The translations under genes were made by a program, and so were the position numbers. The notes beneath the pieces were generated by a model. The model saw only the letters and a list, made by a program, of their open reading frames with translations. It had not been told where the DNA came from and made no database searches. A stretch of DNA of 63,899 bases, filler included, from Octopus bimaculoides (Eukaryota), in assembly GCF_001194135.2 (NCBI RefSeq). It is 7 parts of 6 records of this genome, joined end to end, with 100 filler letters (N's around TTAATTAATTAA, not from the genome) between each part and the next. Parts side by side here need not be neighbours in the genome. Positions count along the whole stretch, not along the records: positions 6,587 to 12,670 come from NC_068986.1; positions 12,771 to 20,640 come from NC_068987.1; positions 20,741 to 33,616 come from NC_069000.1; 4 more parts are not named here. One strand, written 5' to 3'. The first letter of the stretch is position 1; each line of letters starts with the position of its first letter. This document shows positions 10,445 through 23,112 of this stretch, one piece after another.

Positions 10445-12628
10445 CTGAAGTAACAATAAATAGCTTTTGTGTTCAACAGAATATATTTGGTTTGGTTGTC
10501 AATTTTCTAACACCAAATACATTATTATTAATTAAAATTCTGTTGACTATTTTAATTATTTTATTTCATTTATTCATTTATATATTTTTGGAAACCTAAC
10601 GATATCAACAGTGGAAACTTCAGGATTCAAAAGATAAATCGCAGTATGTGATTTTCTTATTCGAATTCAGAACTTTTGTGATTATCAAATTAGATTTTCG
10701 ATAGAATTGCTGAGCATTTATTTTTACTAGTTTTCATACATTGTAAATACCATCAACTAGATATTAGATTAATGCTCTAAGACATAAACTACAAACCATA
10801 GTATTTCTTAGGTTAAAGAGTCGTATTATCTCTGACGCAATCCTTAATTAAAATGTTAAAAAAAAATTCATCAACTTAGGAAGAATCCTTTCGGCTGCAC
10901 ATCACGCTCTAATTTTTTCTTATCTTATTCTTTAAGATGAAGATGGTAGGTGCCAAGAGGTAAATGTAACTTTTCAACGAAATGATTCTGTAGCATAGTT
11001 TCGATTTCTAACAAGATATATTCCTTTTTACTTACGCTGCTAATACCTTTAGAATAAGCAATGATGTTACATCTCCTTCTCATAAAAATCTCAGATTTCA
11101 TGCTTACATAATGAAATTATATTTTAAAACGGCGTCATCTTCATGTTCGCTTTATGGTTATCTTTTCCAAGTCTTTATATTTAACTGTAGTTTCAATTTT
11201 ATTTTACAGAGAAAATTCAGCAGAAATGTAAAAATCAATATCATGTTAAGAATTTGATTCTTTTTCCTTACGAAAATCTTCATGTAATAATAATGATAAA
11301 GCTTACACTTGCTTTCATTTCTGTCTCATTTTACGATATTTGAAGAGTTGTTTGTCGTCCCGAATCTCGCCCAAAATCAGCTNNNNNNNNNNNNNNNNNN
11401 NNNNNNNNNNNNNNNNNNNNNNNNNNNNNNNNNNNNNNNNNNNNNNNNNNNNNNNNNNNNNNNNNNNNNNNNNNNNNNNNNNNNNNNNNNNNNNNNNNNN
11501 NNNNNNNNNNNNNNNNNNNNNNNNNNNNNNNNNNNNNNNNNNNNNNNNNNNNNNNNNNNNNNNNNNNNNNNNNNNNNNNNNNNNNNNNNNNNNNNNNNNN
11601 NNNNNNNNNNNNNNNNNNNNNNNNNNNNNNNNNNNNNNNNNNNNNNNNNNNNNNNNNNNNNNNNNNNNNNNNNNNNNNNNNNNNNNNNNNNNNNNNNNNN
11701 NNNNNNNNNNNNNNNNNNNNNNNNNNNNNNNNNNNNNNNNNNNNNNNNNNNNNNNNNNNNNNNNNNNNNNNNNNNNNNNNNNNNNNNNNNNNNNNNNNNN
11801 NNNNNNNNNNNNNNNNNNNNNNNNNNNNNNNNNNNNNNNNNNNNNNNNNNNNNNNNNNNNNNNNNNNNNNNNNNNNNNNNNNNNNNNNNNNNNNNNNNNN
11901 NNNNNNNNNNNNNNNNNNNNNNNNNNNNNNNNNNNNNNNNNNNNNNNNNNNNNNNNNNNNNNNNNNNNNNNNNNNNNNNNNNNGGCAAGTGGGCCCCTGC
12001 GCCATTAGAATCCACATATGGGGACCCATCCCCTCTAGTTTGAGAATTTTTATTTACTCTGGAAAGAATGCATTAATTATTTCAGCCTGGCTGTGTTTGT
12101 AGACAATTGAAAAGAATACTTTTAACGCACGCACGCACACGCACACACACACACACACATAGAGAGAGAGAGAGTAAGATAGATATACATACATACCTAC
12201 ACACATACAAACATACACACATACATACAGAGTTAACAGGTGACATCGAGAGGATCTCTATGTAGAAAACATTTAGTAGCGCTCAAAAGATCTGAACTTA
12301 TACTCCGAAATTTTTACCGAGGATGAAGTCAGCAGGGTAAAGAGTGGCTATAAGAGGAATCCAAGCGAGCAGAAATGGAGACAATGGTGCATTCAAACAG
12401 ATAAAACTCCTTGGATTTGATGTACAGAATATATGTTCATGTATATATGTAAATAAAGAAAAGGCAAAGACTGAAAATTTCCAGATGTTAAATATTCAAG
12501 AATAAATATGCATATATTTATACTTGAATGTTTATCATCCGGAAATTTTAGCCTCTTCTATATTTGCATGTATCCATTATATATATTCTGTACATCAAAC
12601 TCAAACCCAAAGAGTTTTATCTGTTTTT

Positions 12629-12670
<42 letters not shown>

Positions 12671-12770
12671 NNNNNNNNNNNNNNNNNNNNNNNNNNNNNN
12701 NNNNNNNNNNNNNNTTAATTAATTAANNNNNNNNNNNNNNNNNNNNNNNNNNNNNNNNNNNNNNNNNNNN

Positions 12771-13115
12771 ACGAGATACTGCAGCAGCCTCGGTTTCAGA
12801 GGACCTCAGCTCTTCAATGCCCTGCCAAAACATTTGAGAGACATGCAAGACATGGATCCGGAGGTCTTCAAGACAAAACTTGACGCTTTCCTCTGCACGA
12901 TACCAGACGAACCAATGGCTCGTAATGAGACGCAGTTTAGGGCAGCTGTGTCAAATTCTCTTATACACCAGATGTGCCATCAAAACTCTTGATTGGACCA
13001 TGTCAGGTGGGGGAGAAGAGCCATGCAAGGAACGTGAAAATCACGGTGGTGCACCAGCATGACCGCACCCACTTGGCTGAAACACATAAATAAATAAATA
13101 AATAAATAAATAAAT
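12771..13115 (+). mobile_element. LINE 3' end, CR1/L2-group-like, with (TAAA)n tail
   Basis: GFRGPQLFNALPKHLRDMQDMDPEVFKTKLDAFLCTIPDEP...RAAVSNSLIHQ is the post-RT C-terminal pattern; 3' UTR ends ggctgaaacaca(taaa)n. The 5' side runs into a gap. Confidence 0.8.
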
Positions 13116-13489
13116 ACATATATGAAGTGCATAAACATGCATATGTGTGTATGATGTGTTTTTCCATCTGCCTTTTGTTGAACTCTAAACAGAGCTAGGC
13201 CATCTCTTTAAAAACTTGTGACAAGCATAAACTAATTCCACAAACACATTAAATACCCAAGATGCTCGAATACTTGGCCTCGCCGACTCATTAGCATAGA
13301 GAAGCTGAGAGACAGAGAGAGGGGTGGAGAGAGAGAGGGAGAGAGAGCGAGAAAGAAGGGAAGTAAAAGAAGGGGCAGGAAATAGGGAACAGAAAGAATG
13401 AGTAAGACAAAAATATAAAAATTAAAAGCCAACGTTTATGCATGTATATGGGTGTGTGTATGTATGTATAAGTATGAGTGTTCAAGCAC

Positions 13490-13533
<44 letters not shown>

Positions 13534-13607
13534 ACACACACACATATATATAAGAAAGGCTTTTTCAGTTTCTGTCTTCTAAATTCACGCACATGGGTTT
13601 GGCGGGC

Positions 13608-13706
13608 CGGGATTATAGGGGAGGACAATTGCTCAAGATGTTACGCAGCAGAACTGAACCCAGAACCATGTAGTTGGAAAGCAAACCCCTTACCACACAG
13701 CCACGA
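13608..13706 (-). mobile_element. tRNA-head SINE, family B (partial)
   Basis: Reverse complement of ggctgtgtggtaag...ggttcagttctgctgcgtaacatcttgagcaattgtc; related to the 18435 copy. Confidence 0.75.
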
Positions 13707-14197
13707 TATATGTATGTATGCATATGTGTGTGTGTGTATGTGTCTGTGTGTGTGGTGGTGGTGCGAAACTGAGTGATACCATCTGGTTGATAACCGATGA
13801 AGATTTAGGGACCTCCTGTGTCTGTCTTCCGTCCGTTTCTGCACTCCATATAGGTTATACTTTTTAAAACTTTTCGTTCGTCTATTTACTGTACACTTTT
13901 CCATTTATTATATATATGAGCCAAGAAAGCGGCGAGCTGGCAGAGAGGTTAGCACGCCGGGAGAAATGCTTAGCGGTATATAGTCTGTAATGCTGACAGC
14001 TCAGCGTTAATTAAGTATGCACACTTTATGCACAATAAAGTGTTAATGAAAAATGTTATACATACACACACACACACACGCACACACACATATATGCATT
14101 TAACTATATGAACACATCATTGTATATATATGTTTATGTATATATATATATATATATATATATAAAGTTAAAACTTACTTGCAAATGGACGCGTGCT

Positions 14198-14253
<56 letters not shown>

Positions 14254-14321
14254 TGTGTCTGTGAACCTACACATGGATGTATATACGTAAATATGTATAT
14301 GTGAGTGTATATATATGTACC

Positions 14322-14372
<51 letters not shown>

Positions 14373-15051
14373 GTCTGTGTGTCTGTGTGTCTGTGTTTGT
14401 GTGTGTGTTGTATGTGTGTGTGTTTGTGTGTGTATTTGTATGTGTGTGTGNNNNNNNNNNNNNNNNNNNNNNNNNNNNNNNNNNNNNNNNNNNNNNNNNN
14501 NNNNNNNNNNNNNNNNNNNNNNNNNNNNNNNNNNNNNNNNNNNNNNNNNNNNNNNNNNNNNNNNNNNNNNNNNNNNNNNNNNNNNNNNNNNNNNNNNNNN
14601 NNNNNNNNNNNNNNNNNNNNNNNNNNNNNNNNNNNNNNNNNNNNNNNNNNNNNNNNNNNNNNNNNNNNNNNNNNNNNNNNNNNNNNNNNNNNNNNNNNNN
14701 NNNNNNNNNNNNNNNNNNNNNNNNNNNNNNNNNNNNNNNNNNNNNNNNNNNNNNNNNNNNNNNNNNNNNNNNNNNNNNNNNNNNNNNNNNNNNNNNNNNN
14801 NNNNNNNNNNNNNNNNNNNNNNNNNNNNNNNNNNNNNNNNNNNNNNNNNNNNNNNNNNNNNNNNNNNNNNNNNNNNNNNNNNNNNNNNNNNNNNNNNNNN
14901 NNNNNNNNNNNNNNNNNNNNNNNNNNNNNNNNNNNNNNNNNNNNNNNNNNNNNNNNNNNNNNNNNNNNNNNNNNNNNNNNNNNNNNNNNNNNNNNNNNNN
15001 NNNNNNNNNNNNNNNNNNNNNNNNNNNNNNNNNNNNNNNNNNNNNNNNNNN

Positions 15052-15100
<49 letters not shown>

Positions 15101-15250
15101 GCGTATTATAACTATTCCTACATTTTGTCCTCTTAGTTTCAGATGGTTTTCGTGACAAAAGAAGTGTACACTCACCCTCGCGCACAGGCAAATACGCAAC
15201 TACGTACATATACAAACATAGTGCATACATCTATGCATAGAGACACATAG

Positions 15251-15281
<31 letters not shown>

Positions 15282-15302
15282 TATTGAGGTTACAATTTTG
15301 AG

Positions 15303-15960
15303 CCAGTTATTCTGAGTTCAAATTCCGCCGAGGTCGACTTGACCTTTTATCCTTTCGAGGTCGATGAATTAAGTAGAAGTTGCGTACTGGGATCGATCTA
15401 GTCGACTGGCCCCCTAACCCAAAATTTCGGGCCTTGTGCCTAGAGTAGAAAAGATTATTTTGAGCCAAAATTTGAAGCAGTGACCTGGTAGAATCGCTTG
15501 GACGACGTCACCAAAATGTTTCGCTGCATTTCTTTTTGTTTTATATTTTCTGAATTTAAATTCACGCATAGCACACACACACACACACACACAGAGGCAC
15601 ACAGCACACATAGACACATACACACACACACATACACATACACACACCCACACACATACACAAACCATATTGAGGTTATTATTTTAAGGTCGGCTTTACC
15701 TTTGATCCTTTTTCGGTGGTCGATAAAATTAAGATACCAGTTTCGTACTAGGGTCAATGTAATCGGCTAGCCGCCTCCCCCATATTGCCTATAAAGGAAA
15801 AGAATATTTTAAACCAAATTTAATGCGGCGAGCTGGCGGTGGGTAGAAAAACCCTCACCGAAATGCTTAGCAGCATTTCTTCCGGGTGGTTGTGTTCTGA
15901 GTTCAAATTCCGCTGAAGTCGACTTATCGGTTCAGGGTCGATACGATAAAGTACCAGTCA
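15303..15960 (+). mobile_element. Cluster of three family A SINE copies separated by (CA)n
   Basis: Repeated ttctgagttcaaattccgccgaggtcgac...cctttc...gtcgat...aagtaccag core at about 15303-15470, 15680-15810 and 15825-15960. Confidence 0.85.
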
Positions 15961-15984
15961 AGAACTGGGAACTGCCCCTAAAAT

Positions 15985-16370
15985 CGCACCCCTAAAGTCT
16001 TCTTTGAAGATTTCTTCGTATCTTCTGAAATATGCAGAAAAAGTAGTATTTTCTTCTGAGTTATAGATAAATTCTCCAATTGTGTTTGCTACGCCGTCTG
16101 ACAAGAACGAATCTGAAGTATTTTCGGACTTCTTCAACATTATTTCCAGTAACTGTTGGTATTGTTGTTGTTGCTGTTGTAGTTGTTGTTATTGCAATTG
16201 ATGTTATTGCTGTTGTTGCTGTTGTTGCTGTTGCAACTGCACCACGCAAGCCAATAAATCTTCCTTGTTAATGATTTTTTTCCTTTTGATTTCGTCCTCC
16301 CCACCGAATTTAAAGACCGACGCAAACTTAGAATATCTCATCGTCGCTTTTACATCCTTTCCTTGACAAA
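15985..16370 (-). mobile_element. 5' internal region and gag N-terminus of a Ty3/Gypsy-type LTR retrotransposon (truncated)
   Basis: NKEDLLACVVQL-polyQ-YQQLLEIMLKKS...DGVANTIGEFIYNSEENTTFSAYFRRYEEIFKED matches the F-x-Y-(x5)-TF-x-A-[WY]-F-x-RY-E-x-x-F gag pattern of invertebrate Gypsy elements. Two stops in the polyQ; truncated against a SINE. Confidence 0.75.
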
Positions 16371-16656
16371 TGTTGGGTATATATATAATTCAACGGAACG
16401 GAGGTAAAATCAATGTGTTCATACGACGTACTTCGCGAGACTCCAAACGTCCTCTCAACGATTCCTATCTACCTCTGTGTCAACCAATACGCTACTCTTT
16501 ATAAGAGTTCGGCTAGTTCATTCCTCCAATCTGTCGGGGGTGTCAATTACTCTCGCCACAACAGATAGCAACCATTGTCGGACTGCAGTCCGACGATGGC
16601 TTAGCTGGTCGAAACTTCGAAGTCACAGTCAATATTATTGTTGTTTGAGAACAACA
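16371..16656 (-). mobile_element. Putative LTR (286 bp) of that element
   Basis: Begins TGTTG and ends CAACA, lies upstream of the gag-like ORF, and has a TATA-like ctcttataaa on the minus strand. Second LTR absent and PBS unclear, so a TSD cannot be tested. Confidence 0.6.
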
Positions 16657-17902
16657 CACCCGCGCGCACACATATATACCTATGTGTCATAGTTAACGTA
16701 AAAATTCGCGAAAATGCATATTTGATGCGCTATACTCGTCTGGAGGTGATGTCTGAAATGGACGTACTGTGATTAATAGCACAAATATATCAGAAGCAGA
16801 CGACGATCATCTTGCAATGGCTATGACAATCCTGGATGCACACATGCCCGCATGCATGCATACATACATGCATACATACATACATACATATAAATATATA
16901 TAAATACACATATCTATCTATCTAACTATCTATCTATCTATCTATCTATNNNNNNNNNNNNNNNNNNNNNNNNNNNNNNNNNNNNNNNNNNNNNNNNNNN
17001 NNNNNNNNNNNNNNNNNNNNNNNNNNNNNNNNNNNNNNNNNNNNNNNNNNNNNNNNNNNNNNNNNNNNNNNNNNNNNNNNNNNNNNNNNNNNNNNNNNNN
17101 NNNNNNNNNNNNNNNNNNNNNNNNNNNNNNNNNNNNNNNNNNNNNNNNNNNNNNNNNNNNNNNNNNNNNNNNNNNNNNNNNNNNNNNNNNNNNNNNNNNN
17201 NNNNNNNNNNNNNNNNNNNNNNNNNNNNNNNNNNNNNNNNNNNNNNNNNNNNNNNNNNNNNNNNNNNNNNNNNNNNNNNNNNNNNNNNNNNNNNNNNNNN
17301 NNNNNNNNNNNNNNNNNNNNNNNNNNNNNNNNNNNNNNNNNNNNNNNNNNNNNNNNNNNNNNNNNNNNNNNNNNNNNNNNNNNNNNNNNNNNNNNNNNNN
17401 NNNNNNNNNNNNNNNNNNNNNNNNNNNNNNNNNNNNNNNNNNNNNNNNNNNNNNNNNNNNNNNNNNNNNNNNNNNNNNNNNNNNNNNNNNNNNNNNNNNN
17501 NNNNNNNNNNNNNNNNNNNNNNNNNNNNNNNNNNNNNNNNNNNNNNNNNNNNNNNNNNNNNNNNNNNNNNNNNNNNNNNNNNNNNNNNNNNNNNNNNNNN
17601 NNNNNNNNNNNNNNNNNNNNNNNNNNNNNNNNNNNNNNNNNNNNNNNNNNNNNNNNNNNNNNNNNNNNNNNNNNNNNNNNNNNNNNNNNNNNNNNNNNNN
17701 NNNNNNNNNNNNNNNNNNNNNNNNNNNNNNNNNNNNNNNNNNNNNNNNNNNNNNNNNNNNNNNNNNNNNNNNNNNNNNNNNNNNNNNNNNNNNNNNNNNN
17801 NNNNNNNNNNNNNNNNNNNNNNNNNNNNNNNNNNNNNNNNNNNNNNNNNNNNNNNNNNNNNNNNNNNNNNNNNNNNNNNNNNNNNNNNNNNNNNNNNNNN
17901 NA

Positions 17903-18228
17903 ACGTCCTTTATTATTATTGTATATATAACATAATGCAAACGTGTAGCTTTTTTGTGCACTTTGTTTGCAGAAAATAAAGAAATAACAGTAATAACGTT
18001 ATTGAAAAATAAATATTAAGTAAATTGCCTTTCACATATTTATCACTATCAGTTACAAGCCCGACATCACAAAATGCGTCTGAATAAACATTGCCGGACA
18101 GTAAATAAAGACTCGGACATTGCTTAGAAAATATTTTTCATTTTTAACCTCGTATATAGTACGCACTAGGGATTTTGACCTTTAAATTTTGGGGAAAAAA
18201 TGCGGATTATACTCGAGGATTTAGGGTA
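17903..18228. mobile_element. Right end of a pogo/Tigger-like non-autonomous DNA transposon
   Basis: Ends tgcggattatactcgaggatttagggTA, resembling TA-flanked pogo-type TIRs; the other end would lie in the N gap. Confidence 0.45.
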
Positions 18229-18434
18229 TGTCTATTTTAATTTGTATGTATATATATATATATATACACAGGCATACATGTGTGTATATGCATGTTTACA
18301 CACAGGTACTCACACACGTTTATAACGTGACAGAGAGTATATATATATAGTTATTCACACATGTGTGTAACTCATGCATACATACATACACACAGGCACA
18401 CACACACGCGCGCATTTATGGGGTACAAGCGTGA

Positions 18435-18870
18435 CTGTATGGTAAGAAATTTGCTTCCCAAGCACAAGGTTCCAGTTTCAGTCCCCACTGCGTGGCACCT
18501 TGGGCAAGTGTCTTCTACTATAGCTCCAGGTGGAGCAAAGCCTTCTGAGTGGATTTGGTAGATGGAAACTGAAAGGAACACGTCGCATATATATATATAT
18601 ATATATATACATACACACACACGCACACACACACACGCACAATGTATGGATTTATATATGTATAAATCTATGTGTGTGTCTTTGTGTCCGTGCACCCAAC
18701 TCTAAGTCATCGTTTGACAACCGGCGTTGGTGTCTTTACATCCCCGTAACCTAGCGGTTCAGCAAAAGTGACCTATAGAATTAATACTAGGCCTAAGAAA
18801 TAAATCCTTCAAGGCGGTGCTCCAGCACGGCCGCACTCAAATGACTTGATATAAGTAAAACAGTAAGAGA
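18435..18870 (+). mobile_element. Near full-length family B SINE with internal microsatellite
   Basis: tRNA-like head (ggtaag...ggttccagtttcagtccc), central gcgtggcaccttgggcaagtgtcttctactatag, internal (AT)/(AC) tract, tail aaggcggtgctccagcacggccgcac. Other copies at about 45436-45520(+), 58665-58830(-), 61384-61460(-), 61695-61807(+) and 62035-62190(-). Confidence 0.85.
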
Positions 18871-18889
18871 ATATATATATATATATTTT

Positions 18890-19100
18890 TCGAGCGTGGC
18901 CGTTTTCGTGCGGGTGACACGTAAAAGCACCCACTACACTCTCTGAGTGGTTGGCGTTAGGAAGGGCATCCAGCTGTAGAAACTCTGCCAAATCAGACTG
19001 GAGCCTGGTGTTGCCATCCGGTTTCACCAGTCCTCAGTCAAATCGTCCAACCCATGCTAGCATGGAAAGCGGACGTTAAACGATGATGATGATGATGATG
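18890..19100 (+). mobile_element. Retroposon 3' end with (GAT)n tail, RTE-type
   Basis: gagtggttggcgttaggaagggcatccagctgtagaaac...gcggacgttaaac(gat)n; a trinucleotide tail is typical of RTE LINEs and their SINEs. Confidence 0.6.
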
Positions 19101-19347
19101 ATATATATATATATACATATACACTCACACAGACACACGCACACATATATGTATACACACACACACATTGACATGTATATGAAGAAAGTATATTTACACG
19201 CATATATATATACATATATAGAAATTCCTCCTACTCTCTCCCCATACACACATACACACACACACACATATATATACACACACACACACACGTATATATA
19301 AAAACACACACACACACATACACACACACACATACACACACACACAT

Positions 19348-19386
<39 letters not shown>

Positions 19387-19861
19387 CACACGTATACATA
19401 CACACGCGTGTGTGCGCATTTGTGTGTGTATCTGTGTGTATATATGTGTGAGCGCGTACGAACTCATATTTATCTTACGTGTGTAATATAATGTATCCAA
19501 AATTTCTACAATGCCAATCAGAACCTATGCAACTCGATCGGTATTACGTCTAATGATATTAAACAGCGACCCCGAGTAAGTTGCCTGCGTATACAAACTG
19601 TAATATAATATAATAATATCATACAATATAATCTAATATAATATAATGTAATAGAATATAATGTAATAATATATTATGAAAACATACACACACATATACA
19701 TAGGTGTGTGTAAATATATATATATATATATGCACATATATTTAAATATCTACTTACATATATACATACAGGCGTACATATGTATGTATGTATGTATGTA
19801 TGTATTTATGTATGTATGTATATGTGCGCGTGTATAAGTATACATGTACTGCAGGTGCTTG

Positions 19862-20033
19862 CTGTTAATTGCCTGCGTATATAAAAGCATATTTCTTATC
19901 GTAACTAAAATGTTTATAAACGTTCCAAATATTGTATATATTNNNNNNNNNNCTGTTAATTGCCTGCGTATATAAAAGCATATTTCTTATCGTAACTAAA
20001 ATGTTTATAAACGTTCCAAATATTGTATATATT
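19862..20033. other. 81-bp direct duplication across a 10-N gap (unmerged contig overlap)
   Basis: 19862-19942 is repeated at 19953-20033. Confidence 0.85.
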
Positions 20034-20064
20034 TCTTATAACTGCCTACATGTGTACACACACA

Positions 20065-20220
20065 CACACACACACAAAGAAATTCAAACACACACACACA
20101 CACACACACACATGCACAAACAGAAATTCAGACACACACACAGACACATACACACAAACAGAAATTCAGACACACACACACAGAAACACACACAAACAGA
20201 AATTGAGACACACACACACA
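20065..20220. repeat. Minisatellite: four copies of an aaacagaaattcaga-like unit in (CA)n
   Basis: Seen directly. Confidence 0.8.
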
Positions 20221-21902
20221 TACACACATATAAACGTTCACAAAAACTTGTACACGTATACATACATAAACATACAAAAATAGATTGCACACATACACGC
20301 ATAAGCATACTCACACATACACACANNNNNNNNNNNNNNNNNNNNNNNNNNNNNNNNNNNNNNNNNNNNNNNNNNNNNNNNNNNNNNNNNNNNNNNNNNN
20401 NNNNNNNNNNNNNNNNNNNNNNNNNCAGACATTGACACAAACACAGACATACACAGCTATTAACAAGAAATTAGACACACAAAGATATATCACGCATATT
20501 TCTGTACATGTATGTACGTGTGTTATGTATGCATGCCTGTATGTATGAATGTATGTATGTATGTATATATATATGTACACATATATATGTAAATATATAT
20601 GTGCATATATATAAATGTATATATGATATGCATATATATANNNNNNNNNNNNNNNNNNNNNNNNNNNNNNNNNNNNNNNNNNNNTTAATTAATTAANNNN
20701 NNNNNNNNNNNNNNNNNNNNNNNNNNNNNNNNNNNNNNNNTATATATATATATATATATGTATCTGTGTACGTGTGTATATTACTGTTCATTTGTATTAA
20801 GGTCTCCCTTAATGTTTTCTCTTATTACTCTTATTGTTGCCGCTGTTCATAGTCGCTTCTTTCTTTGTTGCCATTATGGTTGCTGTGTCTATTGTTCCTG
20901 TTGTGTAATCATCACAGACTGCAATTGTTAGGCCCTTATATATTAACGCACAAAGTAATCAGCGCCGATGTAAAAATACAGTAGAGTCCATTGAACATTT
21001 CTGTTCTATTATAGAAATTTCTAACACAGACACACAGGGCCATAACTTTTTCAAGGGGAAACATAATCAAATACATCTATTACTCGTATTTGATTAGTAT
21101 TTACTTTATCGATCCTGGAAAAATATGAAATATAAACTGAGCCACAACCTGGATTTGAACGTATAACGTGAAGAGGTACAAATAATTCTACACGTCTATC
21201 ATGGTGTTGCCTTCTACATAACTCATTTTCTCGATTCTCCGCCAATATTTTATGATACGAGGGTTTTCCCTCTGAAGCTTCAATATAAAACGTCTATTTT
21301 TAATTTATTCTCTCACCGCCGTCATATATGTTTGCGAACGTATGACTATGCTAACCATGAAGTGGTTTCAGGTTATAACCACCATTACGTCTTTTCAAAG
21401 AGCATGATGCAATGTGAAAGAAATTTCACTGTCATTCCTCGTGTACGATGTAACCATAAAAAGGATTCCAGTTTTTAACGCTAACTAATGGACGTGAAAA
21501 ATATATGAAGTTAGGTGTGAACAGAACAGCAAAATAGTTTTTTGCTAATTACCTGTGAACATTATTACCAGAAGATTATTAAATGACGTAAAAGCAACTT
21601 CTACGACGATATCACCGAGAAACTAAGAAATCTCTCGCAGAGACCGATGGCTATTTGGTATCAAGTGGCATCAGAACGTTAGGAGATTATTTTTGGAGGT
21701 GTCTTTGTTTAGGGTTTCTTCAGTGCACATTCATATCCCCACCGCGGTCAGCTTTATTATTTAACATTTCGGATTCGATACATAAATTATCAGTCATGTA
21801 TTGGACCTCGATACTTCCATTTCTATTCCCCACCCACTCTCTTTCTGTCTTTCTCTCTCTCTCTCTCTTTTTCCTCTCCCTTTCACTTCCTTGACCCTAC
21901 TT

Positions 21903-21968
<66 letters not shown>

Positions 21969-22273
21969 GAATTCTCTCTTTATCGTTCTTTCCTTTATTA
22001 GCTAATCTACTAACTCTCTTCTGTCTCTCCTCTCTTTCCACGATCTCCCTCCCTTTTTTCTCCCTTCTCTCTCTCTCCTTACCCCACTCTCCTCACCCCT
22101 CTCTCTCTGTCTCGCTGTCTTTCTCTCCCAGAATTGATTACGTTACCCTGTAAGATACGTTTGTAAAAGATTCAGAAATTATTCAAGGATCATGATAAAC
22201 CCTTATTCCAGAAACAGGACAAAGGGTTGTGTTAAAGAAAAAATTAGAAACTTTAAATGATATAAAAACTCAC

Positions 22274-22345
22274 CAATGAAGGCTCGAAGTACCACAGGTA
22301 ATAAAGCAAAAACAAAATTAATAAAATTGAAGAGAAAACTTCCAC
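22274..22345 (-). CDS. Exon (72 nt, phase 1 to 1) of unnamed membrane protein: (G)GSFLFNFINFVFALLPVVLRAFI
   Basis: Acceptor gtcttctag|, strong donor TTG|gtgagt, hydrophobic helix, and in phase with the 22470-22678 exon across a 124-nt intron. Confidence 0.65.
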
Positions 22346-22469
22346 CTAGAAGACCTCAAGCAAACGTAAAATTCTCTTGCAAAATAGTTAAATATCATGT
22401 TTATTTATTTATTATATTTATTATGCTTTATTATCATTTTTTTCTTAATAAAATCAATATTTGACTTAC

Positions 22470-22678
22470 CAAACTGTTTTGAAGTTCCCGGTGTTAATTG
22501 GCACCAATATAAATTCTTAATAGGAGTTAGTAGAAGGTTATAATTTAGGCCATAGAACATTTTGATTCGTGTCATGAAATGCCAAGCACCGAAAAAGTAT
22601 AAAAGCTGGACAGACACGCTCATTATAATGTTCTTGTTAGAAATATGTTTTACGATTATGGCAAATTTGGCAATAGGC
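22470..22678 (-). CDS. Exon (209 nt, phase 2 to 1): PIAKFAIIVKHISNKNIIMSVSVQLLYFFGAWHFMTRIKMFYGLNYNLLLTPIKNLYWCQLTPGTSKQF
   Basis: Acceptor tatttccttcgtctag|, donor TTG|gtaagt, 69 open codons in AT-rich DNA, phases match both neighbours. Confidence 0.65.
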
Positions 22679-23059
22679 CTAGACGAAGGAAATATATTAT
22701 ATATAAATGCTGTTTAAATATTTATTTATTTCGACCAAGGGTGAGTAAAGCCGAGTCAATTATCAAATAAATAATTTTGGCTTCCCAAACATCAGACTAA
22801 GTCATCGCGATTCGTTCTGACCTTGGTACAAGTGTAGGGGAAGCAAGAAAACGTTAAGATGAGAATACGAGGTTTCTGAACTGTTCGATATAGTAATGCA
22901 TTAGCATTTACACCAGCCATATCCTGCCGGAAGACAATCAAGGGCAAGAACACAATCCCCCAAAACTAATGCGAATATGTAATCCTATGCTTTTTGACAT
23001 ACCAAGAAACCTAGAACGCAATATCAGCAATATTAAATATCATGTCATTTTGAATCATT

Positions 23060-23112
23060 TTTCCTCTGATGATGGTACGTGATATTCGGACATGAAACTA
23101 CTAGTCACAATG
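23060..23112 (+). ncRNA. Degenerate hammerhead-like motif
   Basis: CTGATGA-t-ggtac..gacat-GAAAC-tacta-GTC followed by AATAAA; stems I and II are broken. Confidence 0.35.

Noticed and set aside
16140-16260. PolyQ/polyN tract as part of a host gene
   Set aside because: It is in frame with the Gypsy gag remnant and interrupted by stops.
19862-20033. 81-bp tandem duplication as a biological event
   Set aside because: The exact copies flank a 10-N gap, typical of unmerged contig ends.
20065-20220. Repeat-spacer pattern as a CRISPR-like array
   Set aside because: The spacers are (CA)n of variable length, in eukaryotic context with no cas genes; it is a minisatellite.
22822-22923. Minus-strand exon candidate DMAGVNANALLYRTVQKPRILILTFSCFPYTCTK
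   Set aside because: Phase 0-0 is incompatible with both neighbours (phase 2), and the donor gtcaga is weak.
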